This document shows, piece after piece, positions 27,833 through 37,506 of a stretch of 64,000 nt of DNA. Each line of letters begins with the position of its first letter. Positions within the stretch are counted from its first letter, which is position 1. Source of the stretch: an uncultured virus (IMG/VR IMGVR_UViG_3300046468_001198) (lineage: Duplodnaviria > Heunggongvirae > Uroviricota > Caudoviricetes); the IMG/VR virus record IMGVR_UViG_3300046468_001198. The stretch is one strand, 5' to 3'. The notes beneath the pieces are model-generated. The model saw only the letters and a list, made by a program, of their open reading frames with translations. It had not been told where the DNA came from and ran no database searches. The translations under genes and the position numbers were made by a program.

Positions 27833-28370
27833 TATTTAACTCCATCAATTCTTGAAATAATTTTGTTGCAGAGTCAAACACATATTTTGCTTCTTCTGCC
27901 ATATCGTCATTGCACATTGCTCTAATGCTTTCTTTGATAGCTTTTGTATCGCCTTCAAAGTCATACATTTTACCTGCACCCGGTATACGTTTCTTAATCA
28001 TCTGGCCACCACTAAGGTCACCCATGTATAATACATACATATGAGCAGTTAGTTTGTCAGCATTGCCAATAAGGTCTCGCATATGCATTATATATTCGTG
28101 TGTACTTTGAGTAATAATAGGCTCTTCAGTATGTTTCCAAAGTTCTCTAAAATCTTCTTCAATTAAAAGTTTACGACGAATGTCACCTAGTGTTGAAAAC
28201 AATCCCATAGGTGCCGCAATAGCTTCAAGTAGATCGTATTTTTTATGTTGGTTCCACAAGTATGTAGCATACAAGTCTGGATTAATTTTACCAGACATCA
28301 TTAAACTAGCAAATTCTTGCCTTTCTGCATTCTTATGATGTTCCCAGGTTAGTTCTTTTAAATTACTCAT
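27804..28370 (-). CDS. hemO: heme oxygenase (biliverdin-producing)
   Basis: LKELTWEHHKNAE, AHMYVLYMGDLSGGQ. Confidence 0.92.
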   Translation of the reverse strand: MSNLKELTWEHHKNAERQEFASLMMSGKINPDLYATYLWNQHKKYDLLEAIAAPMGLFSTLGDIRRKLLIEEDFRELWKHTEEPIITQSTHEYIMHMRDLIGNADKLTAHMYVLYMGDLSGGQMIKKRIPGAGKMYDFEGDTKAIKESIRAMCNDDMAEEAKYVFDSATKLFQELMELNIEPYMEQTN

Positions 28371-28371
28371 G

Positions 28372-28686
28372 TTATTCTTGTTCAATCCTCACATTTAGCG
28401 GAAACCCTTTGTCTCTACTAGCATTTACAGTTTCAATAGCCTTGTGTTCAGCTATCTCGTAACTGTATATACCTGCAACACCGGAACCTTCTGCATGAAT
28501 CTGAAGTGTAATCTTTTCAGCAGTTTCTTGCGAGTGATTGAAAATGTTAGTTAATACATCAATTACCCATTCCATTGGAGTTTGATCATCATTCAAAAAT
28601 ACTACTTTGTGCTTTAAAGGCTCAGTAATCTTTTCTTCAATCTTTTCATCGATCTTAATAACTTCTTCTAGGTCTATGTCTGTCAT
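28372..28686 (-). CDS. clpS: Clp protease adaptor ClpS
   Basis: VVFLNDDQTPMEWV...IHAEGSGVAGIYSYEIAE...FPL. Confidence 0.92.
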   Translation of the reverse strand: MTDIDLEEVIKIDEKIEEKITEPLKHKVVFLNDDQTPMEWVIDVLTNIFNHSQETAEKITLQIHAEGSGVAGIYSYEIAEHKAIETVNASRDKGFPLNVRIEQE

Positions 28687-28701
28687 TTGTTTCTCCTAAG
28701 T

Positions 28702-28727
28702 AAATGGGGGGCGTTACCACCCCCCTA
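28702..28727 (-). terminator. GC-rich hairpin between hsp20 and clpS
   Basis: GGGGGGTG-GTAA-CGCCCCCC followed by short ATTT. Confidence 0.55.
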
Positions 28728-28733
28728 GACGCT

Positions 28734-29192
28734 TTACTTGCTTTCTCCCTCGATTGTAAGACCGTCATTGATCTTAATTTTCTTAGGTTGTAGCTCTTCT
28801 GGAAGCTCACGCTTTAGGTGTACATTTAGCATACCTAGTTCTAAGTTTGCAGTAACTACATCTACGTGATCTGCAAGTGTAAACTCTCTGCGGAAGTTGC
28901 GTCCGCCAATACCTTTGTGTAGGTAATTGACATCATCGTCTCCTTTAGGAGCAGTACCTTCAATCTTTAAAGTGTTTCCATCTTTTTCAATTGAAAGATT
29001 GTCCATACCAAAGCCGGCAACAGCCAATGAGATCATATACTCATCTTCGTCAATTTGTGCAATGTTGTATGGAGGATACCCGTTTCCGTTTGGGCTATTT
29101 GCAAAACCTCTTTCAAGTTCATTAAATAGTCTATCAAAGCCAATAGTAGCTCTGTTAAAGTTGGGTAGGTCTAGAGTTGTTAGTCTTGTCAT
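28734..29192 (-). CDS. ibpA: small heat-shock protein (IbpA-like)
   Basis: IGFDRLF, YPPYNI, LAVAGF, YLHKGI. Confidence 0.93.
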   Translation of the reverse strand: MTRLTTLDLPNFNRATIGFDRLFNELERGFANSPNGNGYPPYNIAQIDEDEYMISLAVAGFGMDNLSIEKDGNTLKIEGTAPKGDDDVNYLHKGIGGRNFRREFTLADHVDVVTANLELGMLNVHLKRELPEELQPKKIKINDGLTIEGESK

Positions 29193-29198
29193 ATTTTT

Positions 29199-29245
29199 TC
29201 TCCTTAATTAAGCAAGATTTAATTTGTAGCCCTTTCGGCACTACA
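29199..29245 (-). promoter_or_regulatory. ROSE-like RNA thermometer in hsp20 5' UTR
   Basis: UCUU-G(bulge)-CUU pairs with AAGGAGA (SD); upstream GAAA-loop hairpin. Confidence 0.7.
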
Positions 29246-29250
29246 ACATT

Positions 29251-29279
29251 ATAATAAACTCTTTTTACTATAATGTCAA
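29251..29279 (-). promoter_or_regulatory. sigma70-type promoter of hsp20
   Basis: TTGACA-17-TATTAT. Confidence 0.75.
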
Positions 29280-29290
29280 CTTTATTTATC

Positions 29291-30943
29291 TCAGAGAACA
29301 ACCGTCTTTTCGTTTTTTATTCTTCCGAGACGTTCATGTACAGGCATAATGTCAGTAAGACTGCACTCAGAAGTTATTAACAAGCCTGCTACACTAGATG
29401 CATTTAGTAATGCACTTCGTGTTACTTTAACAGGATCAATAATTCCTAAGTCGTACATGTTACCATAACTATCAGTTGCCGCATCATAGCCAAATGTATT
29501 TTCTGTTGATTTAAATATACTATCAACTACTACATCAGGCGCTCCGCCAGCATTGCTAGTTATTTGTCGAATAGGTGCTTCAACTGCTTTTAGTACAATT
29601 TTAGCACCTGCTTCTTGATCCAAGTTTACTAAGTTAAGATCACTTACTTGGATATCCTTTACTGCGTTAAGTAGTGCAACACCACCGCCAGGTACAATGC
29701 CCTGTTCTCTTGCCGCACTTGTCGCATGTAATGAATCTACATATCTATCTTTCTTTTCCATGGCTTCTATTTTTGATGAGCCGCCTGCTTTAATAATTGC
29801 AACTCCGCCATCCATTGATGATAGTCTTTCTTTTAATTTGTTTGCGTTATGATCATTTGATGCTGAAAATAAATGATTTTTAATAAGTGTTATACGTTCT
29901 TTTATTTTTTCTGGATCACCACGGCCACCGATAATTGTAGTAAACAGATTACCAATTTCAACTCGTTCTGCTTTACCTAAGTCAGTAACTTGTGCATCTT
30001 CTAAACTTCGATTAAGTTCATCTGAAATAACATTACCACCTGTAAGTGTTGCAATGTCTTCTAGTATCGGAAGTCTTCTATCAGCATATCCTGGAGCAAC
30101 AACTGCGGCTACCTTAAATGCACCACTCGTATGATTTTGTACTAAAACATTTAATGCATCAGGTTCAATATCTTCTGCAATGATTATCAATGCTAATCCT
30201 GTAGTTGCTACTTGTTCAAATAATTTAATTAAAGGATTAAGAGTAGTAATCTTTTTATCGTATAATAATATTAATGCATTTTCATGAACAATAGTCATAT
30301 CTTCTAAGTTGTTAGAAAAATAAGGACTCATATAGCCTCTGTCAAATCTACAACCTTTAACAATTTCAACATGGTCTTTTCTATCAGCGTGTATATCAAC
30401 TGATACTGCACCATTAGTTCCGACTTTCATTAAAGCATCAGCAATTTTTTCACCAATGGCTCTATCAGAGTTTGCAGATAAACTAGCGACATTTTCTAAA
30501 TCTTCTTTAGATGTGCAAGGTTGTGATTGCTTATCTAAGTTATCAGCAATAACTTCTACAGTTGCATCAATACCTCTTTTTAAATCCATAGGATTCATAC
30601 CAGCTGTTACAAGTTTTAATCCTTCAGTGATAATTGCTTGTGTTAAAACTGTAGCTGTAGTAGTGCCATCACCAGCATCAGTATTAGTTCTTCTTGCGGC
30701 TTCTAATACCATTTGTGCGCCCATGTTTTCTAATGGGTCGTCTAACATAACTTCTTGAGCTACTGTAACACCGTCTTTTGTAACTACTGGTTGTTTCAAC
30801 GGTACTTGAATAATTACATTACGACCTTTAGGACCTAGTGTAGTCCTAACAGCGTTTGAAAGTATGTTAACACCTTCTAATAAAGCAGTACGATTCTCTT
30901 CACCAAACCGTACCATTTTTGAAGTTAAGTCTGCTTCAGACAT
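29291..30943 (-). CDS. groL: chaperonin GroEL (divergent, no GGM tail)
   Basis: TTLGPKGRNV, TKDGVTVA, AGDGTTTATVL, FDRGY.SPYF, GIVPGGG, IIDP.KV. Confidence 0.95.
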   Translation of the reverse strand: MSEADLTSKMVRFGEENRTALLEGVNILSNAVRTTLGPKGRNVIIQVPLKQPVVTKDGVTVAQEVMLDDPLENMGAQMVLEAARRTNTDAGDGTTTATVLTQAIITEGLKLVTAGMNPMDLKRGIDATVEVIADNLDKQSQPCTSKEDLENVASLSANSDRAIGEKIADALMKVGTNGAVSVDIHADRKDHVEIVKGCRFDRGYMSPYFSNNLEDMTIVHENALILLYDKKITTLNPLIKLFEQVATTGLALIIIAEDIEPDALNVLVQNHTSGAFKVAAVVAPGYADRRLPILEDIATLTGGNVISDELNRSLEDAQVTDLGKAERVEIGNLFTTIIGGRGDPEKIKERITLIKNHLFSASNDHNANKLKERLSSMDGGVAIIKAGGSSKIEAMEKKDRYVDSLHATSAAREQGIVPGGGVALLNAVKDIQVSDLNLVNLDQEAGAKIVLKAVEAPIRQITSNAGGAPDVVVDSIFKSTENTFGYDAATDSYGNMYDLGIIDPVKVTRSALLNASSVAGLLITSECSLTDIMPVHERLGRIKNEKTVVL

Positions 30944-30981
30944 GTATCTCTATCTCCTTGTTTATAAAATTATTTACCATG

Positions 30982-31656
30982 CTATTCTTCTAAATCTATT
31001 GAATGTGAAAAGACACTAAACTTAGACATTTCGTCCATTTTTAGTCTAATCTCTAACCTTCTTTTAGGAATATATAAGTATGTTCGGCCATACTTAGGAT
31101 CTATCATTGGTACGCTTACACTGCGTTTTGCATCCATATACATTTCTTTCACAAAGTTTTTGTTAGGCTTTTCTACAACTTTTAACAAACAATAGTGTAC
31201 CTTGTGTGCTTTCTTTTCTCTTACTGCACAAAGTATGTGTAAATTAGTTGTTCCTTTTATTTTTTCAACAAACGGATCAACAAACATATCCTTTAAACTC
31301 TGAAAGTCTTTGTTTTCAAACAAAGTTGCAAAGTTATCGTTTTCTAATTTATTGTTTTGTAAAATACTTGCTTCTGTAGTAGTGCCAGCAATATGCCCGC
31401 AACTCAAACCTTTAACATCAATGTCAAGGTTAGGTGCTTTTACATCAATAATGTTTTTTCCTGCGCCAACCCACTCTCCGCTATCAATACTATCAGCAAC
31501 AGCATACTCCCAAGTTTCTTTTGCAAGTTGAATAGTCCTACCTTTTTTAATAAAAGGACGATAGTATTCATACATTTCTTCTGCGAATCTTTTGCTAAAA
31601 TTATCACCAATAAGATTACTGTGTTCTTCTATTGGAACAGGTTCATAATAAATCAT
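30982..31656 (-). CDS. hypothetical protein, possible restriction-endonuclease-like fold
   Basis: WEY...IIDV...IDVKGL resembles E...D...DxK. Confidence 0.55.
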   Translation of the reverse strand: MIYYEPVPIEEHSNLIGDNFSKRFAEEMYEYYRPFIKKGRTIQLAKETWEYAVADSIDSGEWVGAGKNIIDVKAPNLDIDVKGLSCGHIAGTTTEASILQNNKLENDNFATLFENKDFQSLKDMFVDPFVEKIKGTTNLHILCAVREKKAHKVHYCLLKVVEKPNKNFVKEMYMDAKRSVSVPMIDPKYGRTYLYIPKRRLEIRLKMDEMSKFSVFSHSIDLEE

Positions 31657-32807
31657 CAGTTACCTATTGTTGATTTTTCATAAACGCCATTGTGAGTTTG
31701 TGTACAACGTACAAATGTTGCACATCTCATTAGGTGTTTCAATCGCACTGCGCCAGCATAAGTACAAGTACTACGCACACCACCCAATATATTTTGAGTA
31801 GTGGTTTCCACTGAGCCTCTGTAAGGCACAAGAACCGTTCTTCCTTCACTGCTTCTATACTCCTTCAAGCCACCAAAGTGCTTGTCATTTGCGCTTTCAC
31901 TTGACATTCCGTAGAACTGTACAAACTTTTTTTCTTCTACTTTTTGTTTGCGATTATCTAAATGATTGCCAACTTCATATTCTATTTCATTTGTTACATA
32001 ATGTCTAGTGATTACTTCGCCACCGCCTTCATCGTGCCCAGCAAGCATGCCTCCTAGCATAACGAAATCAGCACCTCCAGCAAATGCTTTAGCCACATCA
32101 CCAGGACAAGTACAGCCACCATCAGCGATAACGTGACCGCCAAGGCCGTGAGCGGCGTCTGCACATTCGATAACAGCAGAAAGCTGAGGGTAACCAACGC
32201 CAGTTTGGATACGAGTAGTGCAAACACTCCCAGGGCCAATACCAACTTTAACAATATCTGCTCCACTTAGAATTAACTCCTCTGTCATTTCACCAGTAAC
32301 TACATTACCTGCAATAATAACGATGTTAGGATACTGGTTTCTAAATTCTTTTACAAACGTAGCAAATCTCTCGGAATAACCATTTGCTACATCAATACAA
32401 ACATACTTCAATTGATTGCCTGTTTGTTCGTATACATTTCTAAACTTTAGATGATCTGCATCTGTAATACCAATGCTCATTGCAACATATTCTGTACGCT
32501 CGTGCATCACACTATCGAAAAAATTAACTAACTCATTTACTGCATATGTCTTAACTAAACAAGTCATAATCTTTTGTTTAGCAAGTGTATCAGCCATTTC
32601 AAATGTGCCGACACCATCCATATTAGAAGCCATAATAGGAACACCACGATAGTGTCTGTATACTGCGTTATCTGGAAACTCTGGTTTGTAATTACGAAAT
32701 GTAAATCCACGTTCAAGATCTACTTCCTTACGACTACCTAGTGTGCTTCGCTTAGGACGAATAAGAACATCCTTGTAGTCAAGTTTCATATCTTCTTCAA
32801 TACGCAT
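31656..32807 (-). CDS. guaC: GMP reductase
   Basis: [47 protein letters not shown]. Confidence 0.95.
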   Translation of the reverse strand: MRIEEDMKLDYKDVLIRPKRSTLGSRKEVDLERGFTFRNYKPEFPDNAVYRHYRGVPIMASNMDGVGTFEMADTLAKQKIMTCLVKTYAVNELVNFFDSVMHERTEYVAMSIGITDADHLKFRNVYEQTGNQLKYVCIDVANGYSERFATFVKEFRNQYPNIVIIAGNVVTGEMTEELILSGADIVKVGIGPGSVCTTRIQTGVGYPQLSAVIECADAAHGLGGHVIADGGCTCPGDVAKAFAGGADFVMLGGMLAGHDEGGGEVITRHYVTNEIEYEVGNHLDNRKQKVEEKKFVQFYGMSSESANDKHFGGLKEYRSSEGRTVLVPYRGSVETTTQNILGGVRSTCTYAGAVRLKHLMRCATFVRCTQTHNGVYEKSTIGN

Positions 32808-32818
32808 TTTTTTTACCT

Positions 32819-33037
32819 TTATATCATTATATCTAAGTTTGAGCCTACTGGCTTTTGAGGTGCTTGTAGTTCACCTCTAACATTGTAAGTTGTATAACTT
32901 ATCGATTGTACTTTGACTGATCCGCCATCTTGCTGTGTGTGTTTAACATGTGTTACTGTTTCATGTGGACCTGTCGGTGTTACCCTAGTATATGCACTTA
33001 TAACATTGATTGGTGATATTGCCGCTACGTCACTCAT
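32819..33037 (-). CDS. hypothetical protein
   Basis: ORF chain, ATGA overlap. Confidence 0.65.
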   Translation of the reverse strand: MSDVAAISPINVISAYTRVTPTGPHETVTHVKHTQQDGGSVKVQSISYTTYNVRGELQAPQKPVGSNLDIMI

Positions 33038-33612
33038 TTAACACCTGTGTTAAACGATATACTAATTCTGTCTTTATCAGTACTGTTACCGTCTACACTG
33101 TGTTTTAACCATCCGGGAAAAACATACAATGCTCCGGTCTTTGCAGGATATGTTGTTTTGGAAGAATTAAAGTGATGAACTTGCTCAACTATATTATCTT
33201 GCAAATGATATTCAGCACCGTCATTTCTCATAAAATTGATATTGCCTTGAGACTCGTGTGCATCGATATAATAAACTCCACTTAAAACAGAATTCATATG
33301 ATTGTGTTCAACATTATAACTACCGGGTGGATTAATGTTTATCCATAAGTTATAAACAGTAATTGGTTTTAGTCCAACACCAGTTGCTATTTCATTTAGT
33401 TCAGCTTCTAAATATTCAACAAGTTTATCTAGTTCAGCACAATCACCGGGACGAACATCACTACTTTGCCAACCGCCGTAATTACTAATACTGCGGCCAA
33501 CATCAGTTTTTTTACGTTCGTATGCATAAGATTTTAAAACACTGTTATCAAGTCCTTGTGTGTTAGCGTTCCATATAACACTAGGAAACCAAGGTTCTGC
33601 ATTCATTGCCAT
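33034..33612 (-). CDS. putative 2OG-Fe(II) oxygenase (TIGR02466-like)
   Basis: WININ.PG..N..HNH..S.LSGVYY, FPGWLKHSV, RISISFN. Confidence 0.88.
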   Translation of the reverse strand: MAMNAEPWFPSVIWNANTQGLDNSVLKSYAYERKKTDVGRSISNYGGWQSSDVRPGDCAELDKLVEYLEAELNEIATGVGLKPITVYNLWININPPGSYNVEHNHMNSVLSGVYYIDAHESQGNINFMRNDGAEYHLQDNIVEQVHHFNSSKTTYPAKTGALYVFPGWLKHSVDGNSTDKDRISISFNTGVK

Positions 33613-33623
33613 GTTGCGTTACC

Positions 33624-33872
33624 TTACAGTTCGTTTAATTTGCGTTGTTTTTTAAGCCAACGGGCTCTGCCTGCGGCTTTTGCTTTCTTACGTTTAGCAC
33701 TAGGCTTTTCATAAAATTGTCTTTCACGTACTTCTTGGATGATGCCTGCTTCTTGTACTTTCTTTTTAAATCTACGCATTGCACCATTAAAATCACCATT
33801 ACGTACTTCAACAGTTAGACCGTCTGGTTGTGTACCTTTTTGGTAATTTTTTCTTTTATTGTTCTGTCTCAA
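33624..33872 (-). CDS. rpsU: 30S ribosomal protein S21
   Basis: AMRRFKKKV..AGI..EVRERQFYEKPS.KRK. Confidence 0.92.
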   Translation of the reverse strand: MRQNNKRKNYQKGTQPDGLTVEVRNGDFNGAMRRFKKKVQEAGIIQEVRERQFYEKPSAKRKKAKAAGRARWLKKQRKLNEL

Positions 33873-34254
33873 ATTTGCCTCCTAACAGCATTGGTAAAAA
33901 CTCTAATGAATAAACCCGGTTCTTACTTATTATATTATACAATAGGTTCTCTCCTTTTGTCAACCAGAAAGTTTTATCTCTTGACATAAAATAGCTTGCC
34001 ATATCTCTAATATTTGAAGGACAGTTATCAATATCTAATATTACATAATCAACTTGTTGAAAGACATCAATTAACCATTCGTATTGGTCATCGTCTTCCT
34101 TTTGATCATACAAGTATAAATGAATAGGAACATCAACATCTAGAAGCACTGTTTGTAATTCTTCTTTTACAAACTTACTTGGGTATATAGCAAGTACACT
34201 TGCTTCGTTCGTGTAGAGTCTATCAGGTGGTGTAATTAATTTGATATCAGTCAT
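33856..34254 (-). CDS. hypothetical protein
   Basis: 132 aa, LITPPD start. Confidence 0.75.
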   Translation of the reverse strand: MTDIKLITPPDRLYTNEASVLAIYPSKFVKEELQTVLLDVDVPIHLYLYDQKEDDDQYEWLIDVFQQVDYVILDIDNCPSNIRDMASYFMSRDKTFWLTKGENLLYNIISKNRVYSLEFLPMLLGGKFETEQ

Positions 34255-36418
34255 TGTCTTTAATCTTATTCCACAGTTTATCTGAATTTTGTTCTTCGTT
34301 CTGTATATATCCTGTTTCTTGTTTGATTAAAGGTTCTTCTGATTCCCAAGGCAATTTATCTATCTTGCCTTCAATATATAATGCTTTTTGTAATTTAATA
34401 GTTTCGTTAGGATGATCCTGTTTCCATTGTTCTTTGTTTATTTGGTAGGTTTCATCTTTTTCTTTTTCTGCATACTCAAGTTCTCTAACAGCTACCTCTT
34501 CAGATGCTGTAGCACTTCCTCTGGTGTCCTGCTCGGTAGTAGTTCTTTCTTGGGCTTCGCTACTGTTAGGAACTTGTTCTTCGTCAGATTCCACATCGCT
34601 CCGTCCTGATAGACTTTCCTCATCATTGGCTTCTCTATCTCGTTCATTAGATTCCACATTGTCATCTTGTATATTGCCATCTGTAGATTGATCCATTGCT
34701 CCATCTAACTGTACTCCTTTGTTTTCTCCGGCCAAAGCCACTCCCTCGGAAGCGTCTCCTCCGCTATCTCCGGTTCCAGCGGTAGGTGACACAATAGGGC
34801 CTTCAACCGTTCCTCCGGTTTCGATTCCGTTTCTGTCATCTATTTCTTCCTTTTGTTCCGCAGGTGGCGCAGAATCATCAATATCAAAGCCAGGGTTGTC
34901 AATTATGCGTTGTGCTCTTGCTCGTTCGTATTCTTCTCTCTCGAGCCGAAGACGTTCACCGCCGTCATCTTCAAGTTGTTTACGTCTAAACTCAAAGGTA
35001 TATTGGCTTGCTATCAATAGTAAGACTGCTAGTGGATCAAATACAAAGATAATGATAATAATTACCCAACGTACTGCTTCTTCAAGCATATTACTATCTG
35101 CGGCCTCACCGTAAACAAACTCTGCAATATATTTTACAGGGCCTACTTCTGCTTCTAATTTTCTGTACTCTGCTTCTAGCTCATACTTCTCATCAGTTAA
35201 TGTTTCAATTTCAAATGACGCTGTTCGAACACGTTCTAGTTGTTCGTCTATGGCCGTTTGAACTTCGTCTGCGTTATCTCTATTTGCTAATTGTTGTTGT
35301 AATCTTTCTATAAGAGCTTGTGACTGTGCAACTTGCGATTCTGCACTCTCACGTAGTCTTTGTATTTCGTCTCTTGCTGTTTGTATAACTGGAGATTCAG
35401 TTTGACGCACTTCATCAATCTTACCTAACATAGTAAGTTCGCGATCTTTCAGTGCAGGTATTTGCACTGTGCGAATATCTTTAACTACGTCTGCTAGTCT
35501 TACTCTTTCAGCATCTACTTGTGCTGTTGCATCTTTGCGTACTTGTGCGACTTCGCCTTGGATTTGTGTAATTCTGTCTCTTTGTCCTTGAACCCATTTA
35601 GCGAGAGCAGTTCTAGTGTTGCCACCAAACAGCCCATCACTTGTGACACCAATGATTGCTTGACCTGCTCTAATTTGTTGTTGTTCTTTTGAGTTGAGTT
35701 GATTTGTGACACGTATAATTTCCTCTTCTAGTTGTGCTATCTGTGCTAGTAGAGGTTCTACACCGCTTGAGTCTGTATCTAAATTTTCAATCTTAGTTTC
35801 GTATTCTTTTGCACTAGTTTCTAAACGTAAGATCTCTGCTGTAATACTTGCAAGTTGATCTTCATACGGTTTAGTACGATTGTTATCAGAAGCTCTTGCA
35901 TCTGTAATAATTTGATTCTGTTGTTGGATAGCAGGTTGAATACGTTCAAACGCTTTGTCAATACGTTCTTGTTCTTTGTCAATTTGTGATTGGATATTTG
36001 CATCTGCACCCATACCACTGTTTTCTAAATCACGTATCTTGTTTTCGGCTCTACCAATAACTGACATTAATCTTGCAGTCTCAGTATCAATAGATTCTAT
36101 TCTAGCAATACTTTCTTCGCTTGCACTAGTTTGTTCAATGTGTGCTTTTGATAGGAAGCCAAAAATGCCCATTGATGTAATAAGCATTAAAACAACAACA
36201 GCGATACTTAGATAGCTTCTAAGCCACCATGTTGCTTGTTTCCAATATTTGTGTAACCATACTGCGGTAACTAGTTTACCTACTTCAAGTACACCGCCCA
36301 TAATCATAATGGGTATTGCGGCAGCCGCAAAGATTGCAACCAATCCTGCGACCGAGTAATATATTGCCACAGCACTGATACACAATGCTGTGATGAGTGT
36401 TAAAATTGCTAAGAACAT
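34247..36418 (-). CDS. membrane-anchored coiled-coil protein with putative peptidoglycan-binding motif
   Basis: 3 N-terminal TMs, long coiled coil, QAIIGVTSDGLFGGNTRTAL, TM ending FDPLAVLLL, acidic tail. Confidence 0.8.
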   Translation of the reverse strand: MFLAILTLITALCISAVAIYYSVAGLVAIFAAAAIPIMIMGGVLEVGKLVTAVWLHKYWKQATWWLRSYLSIAVVVLMLITSMGIFGFLSKAHIEQTSASEESIARIESIDTETARLMSVIGRAENKIRDLENSGMGADANIQSQIDKEQERIDKAFERIQPAIQQQNQIITDARASDNNRTKPYEDQLASITAEILRLETSAKEYETKIENLDTDSSGVEPLLAQIAQLEEEIIRVTNQLNSKEQQQIRAGQAIIGVTSDGLFGGNTRTALAKWVQGQRDRITQIQGEVAQVRKDATAQVDAERVRLADVVKDIRTVQIPALKDRELTMLGKIDEVRQTESPVIQTARDEIQRLRESAESQVAQSQALIERLQQQLANRDNADEVQTAIDEQLERVRTASFEIETLTDEKYELEAEYRKLEAEVGPVKYIAEFVYGEAADSNMLEEAVRWVIIIIIFVFDPLAVLLLIASQYTFEFRRKQLEDDGGERLRLEREEYERARAQRIIDNPGFDIDDSAPPAEQKEEIDDRNGIETGGTVEGPIVSPTAGTGDSGGDASEGVALAGENKGVQLDGAMDQSTDGNIQDDNVESNERDREANDEESLSGRSDVESDEEQVPNSSEAQERTTTEQDTRGSATASEEVAVRELEYAEKEKDETYQINKEQWKQDHPNETIKLQKALYIEGKIDKLPWESEEPLIKQETGYIQNEEQNSDKLWNKIKDND

Positions 36419-36460
36419 CTAGTATTTAAGCCTTTTTCTATGGTAAATTAACTAAGCGGA

Positions 36461-36982
36461 TTACTCCCACCTATAAAATATATGAACACCTATGCGTCCG
36501 ACCAATTGCATCTCACGGGCCCATTCCGGTTTTACATAATCTGCATGATAATGTGTTGATCCTTCTGTTAAGCCTCGACCGTCATTCCATGTTATAATAT
36601 TATATGCAATCTGTTGTGAATCAACCCAAGAATCTAAATCCTTTGGATCATCTGCTTTGCCATCACAATACCATGAGAACTGACATGCATTACGCACCAT
36701 TACCATCACAGTAGGATCTTTCCAACTAGGCTTTTGTTTGCCTTGTTTTACTACTTCGCAGATTGTATTTGGATAACGTGTATCTTCTACACGATTAAGA
36801 ACTACATCTGCTACTGCTACTCTGTCTGCTCTATTACTGCCACGTGCTTCATAATAAATGTTCTGTGCCAAGCACCACATTTCAGCTCGTTCTTCCGAAG
36901 TGAACAATCCTTTTGCATCTAGAGATGACGTTGAAGAGATAGTCGCCACAAATAATGCGGCACAAATAATTAGTTTATGCAT
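36461..36982 (-). CDS. cell wall hydrolase (SleB/Hydrolase_2)
   Basis: CLAQNIYYEARG, VVLNRV, PNTICEVV, CQFSWYCDG, THYHADYV, IGVHIFY. Confidence 0.93.
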   Translation of the reverse strand: MHKLIICAALFVATISSTSSLDAKGLFTSEERAEMWCLAQNIYYEARGSNRADRVAVADVVLNRVEDTRYPNTICEVVKQGKQKPSWKDPTVMVMVRNACQFSWYCDGKADDPKDLDSWVDSQQIAYNIITWNDGRGLTEGSTHYHADYVKPEWAREMQLVGRIGVHIFYRWE

Positions 36983-37001
36983 TGATTTACCCTCGCTCTA
37001 T

Positions 37002-37436
37002 TTATCGACGCATACTAGCAATGTCTTTGGCCTGTGTTGTGCCTCGCATTACTGGTACTGCATTTGATTTATGCATAGTTGCGATACCTACAATAAGGTC
37101 GCCTGTATACTTTTGTGATTCTTTTCTAGGTGCATAGCTACCTACACCGTCACCCATGCTAGGAATATCTGGTGACTTTCTTACGTAAGGACCGTGTTTG
37201 TTTGGATCATACACGCCACGAGACTGTTGCTTTCTAGGCTTTGCAGTACCTTGTGTGTATGCTACATAGTCGTCAAAGTTATCATATTGAAGACTATGTA
37301 AATGCTTGCGCCGCATATCTTTATTATATTGACGCCATTGAATTCTAAGTTTGTCTAGTTTTGCCTGTGTTAGTTTTTTCTGTTTAGGCTTTTTTGTATT
37401 GATAGTTGATAGCCCACGGGCTAGTGACATAGTCAT
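37002..37436 (-). CDS. conserved T4-like hypothetical protein
   Basis: YTGDLIVGIATMHKSNAVPV motif. Confidence 0.85.
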   Translation of the reverse strand: MTMSLARGLSTINTKKPKQKKLTQAKLDKLRIQWRQYNKDMRRKHLHSLQYDNFDDYVAYTQGTAKPRKQQSRGVYDPNKHGPYVRKSPDIPSMGDGVGSYAPRKESQKYTGDLIVGIATMHKSNAVPVMRGTTQAKDIASMRR

Positions 37437-37500
37437 AAAAAAACTCCTGCTATTCTGTTAATAGTAAAACTATTATAGCAGGAGTTTAGTAGGTTGTCAA
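37437..37500 (-). promoter_or_regulatory. promoter embedded in an SD-sequestering terminator hairpin
   Basis: TTGACA-17-TATAAT; AAACTCCTGCTA pairs with TAGCAGGAGTTT; T7 directly before ATG. Confidence 0.75.
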
Positions 37501-37506
37501 CCAGTT

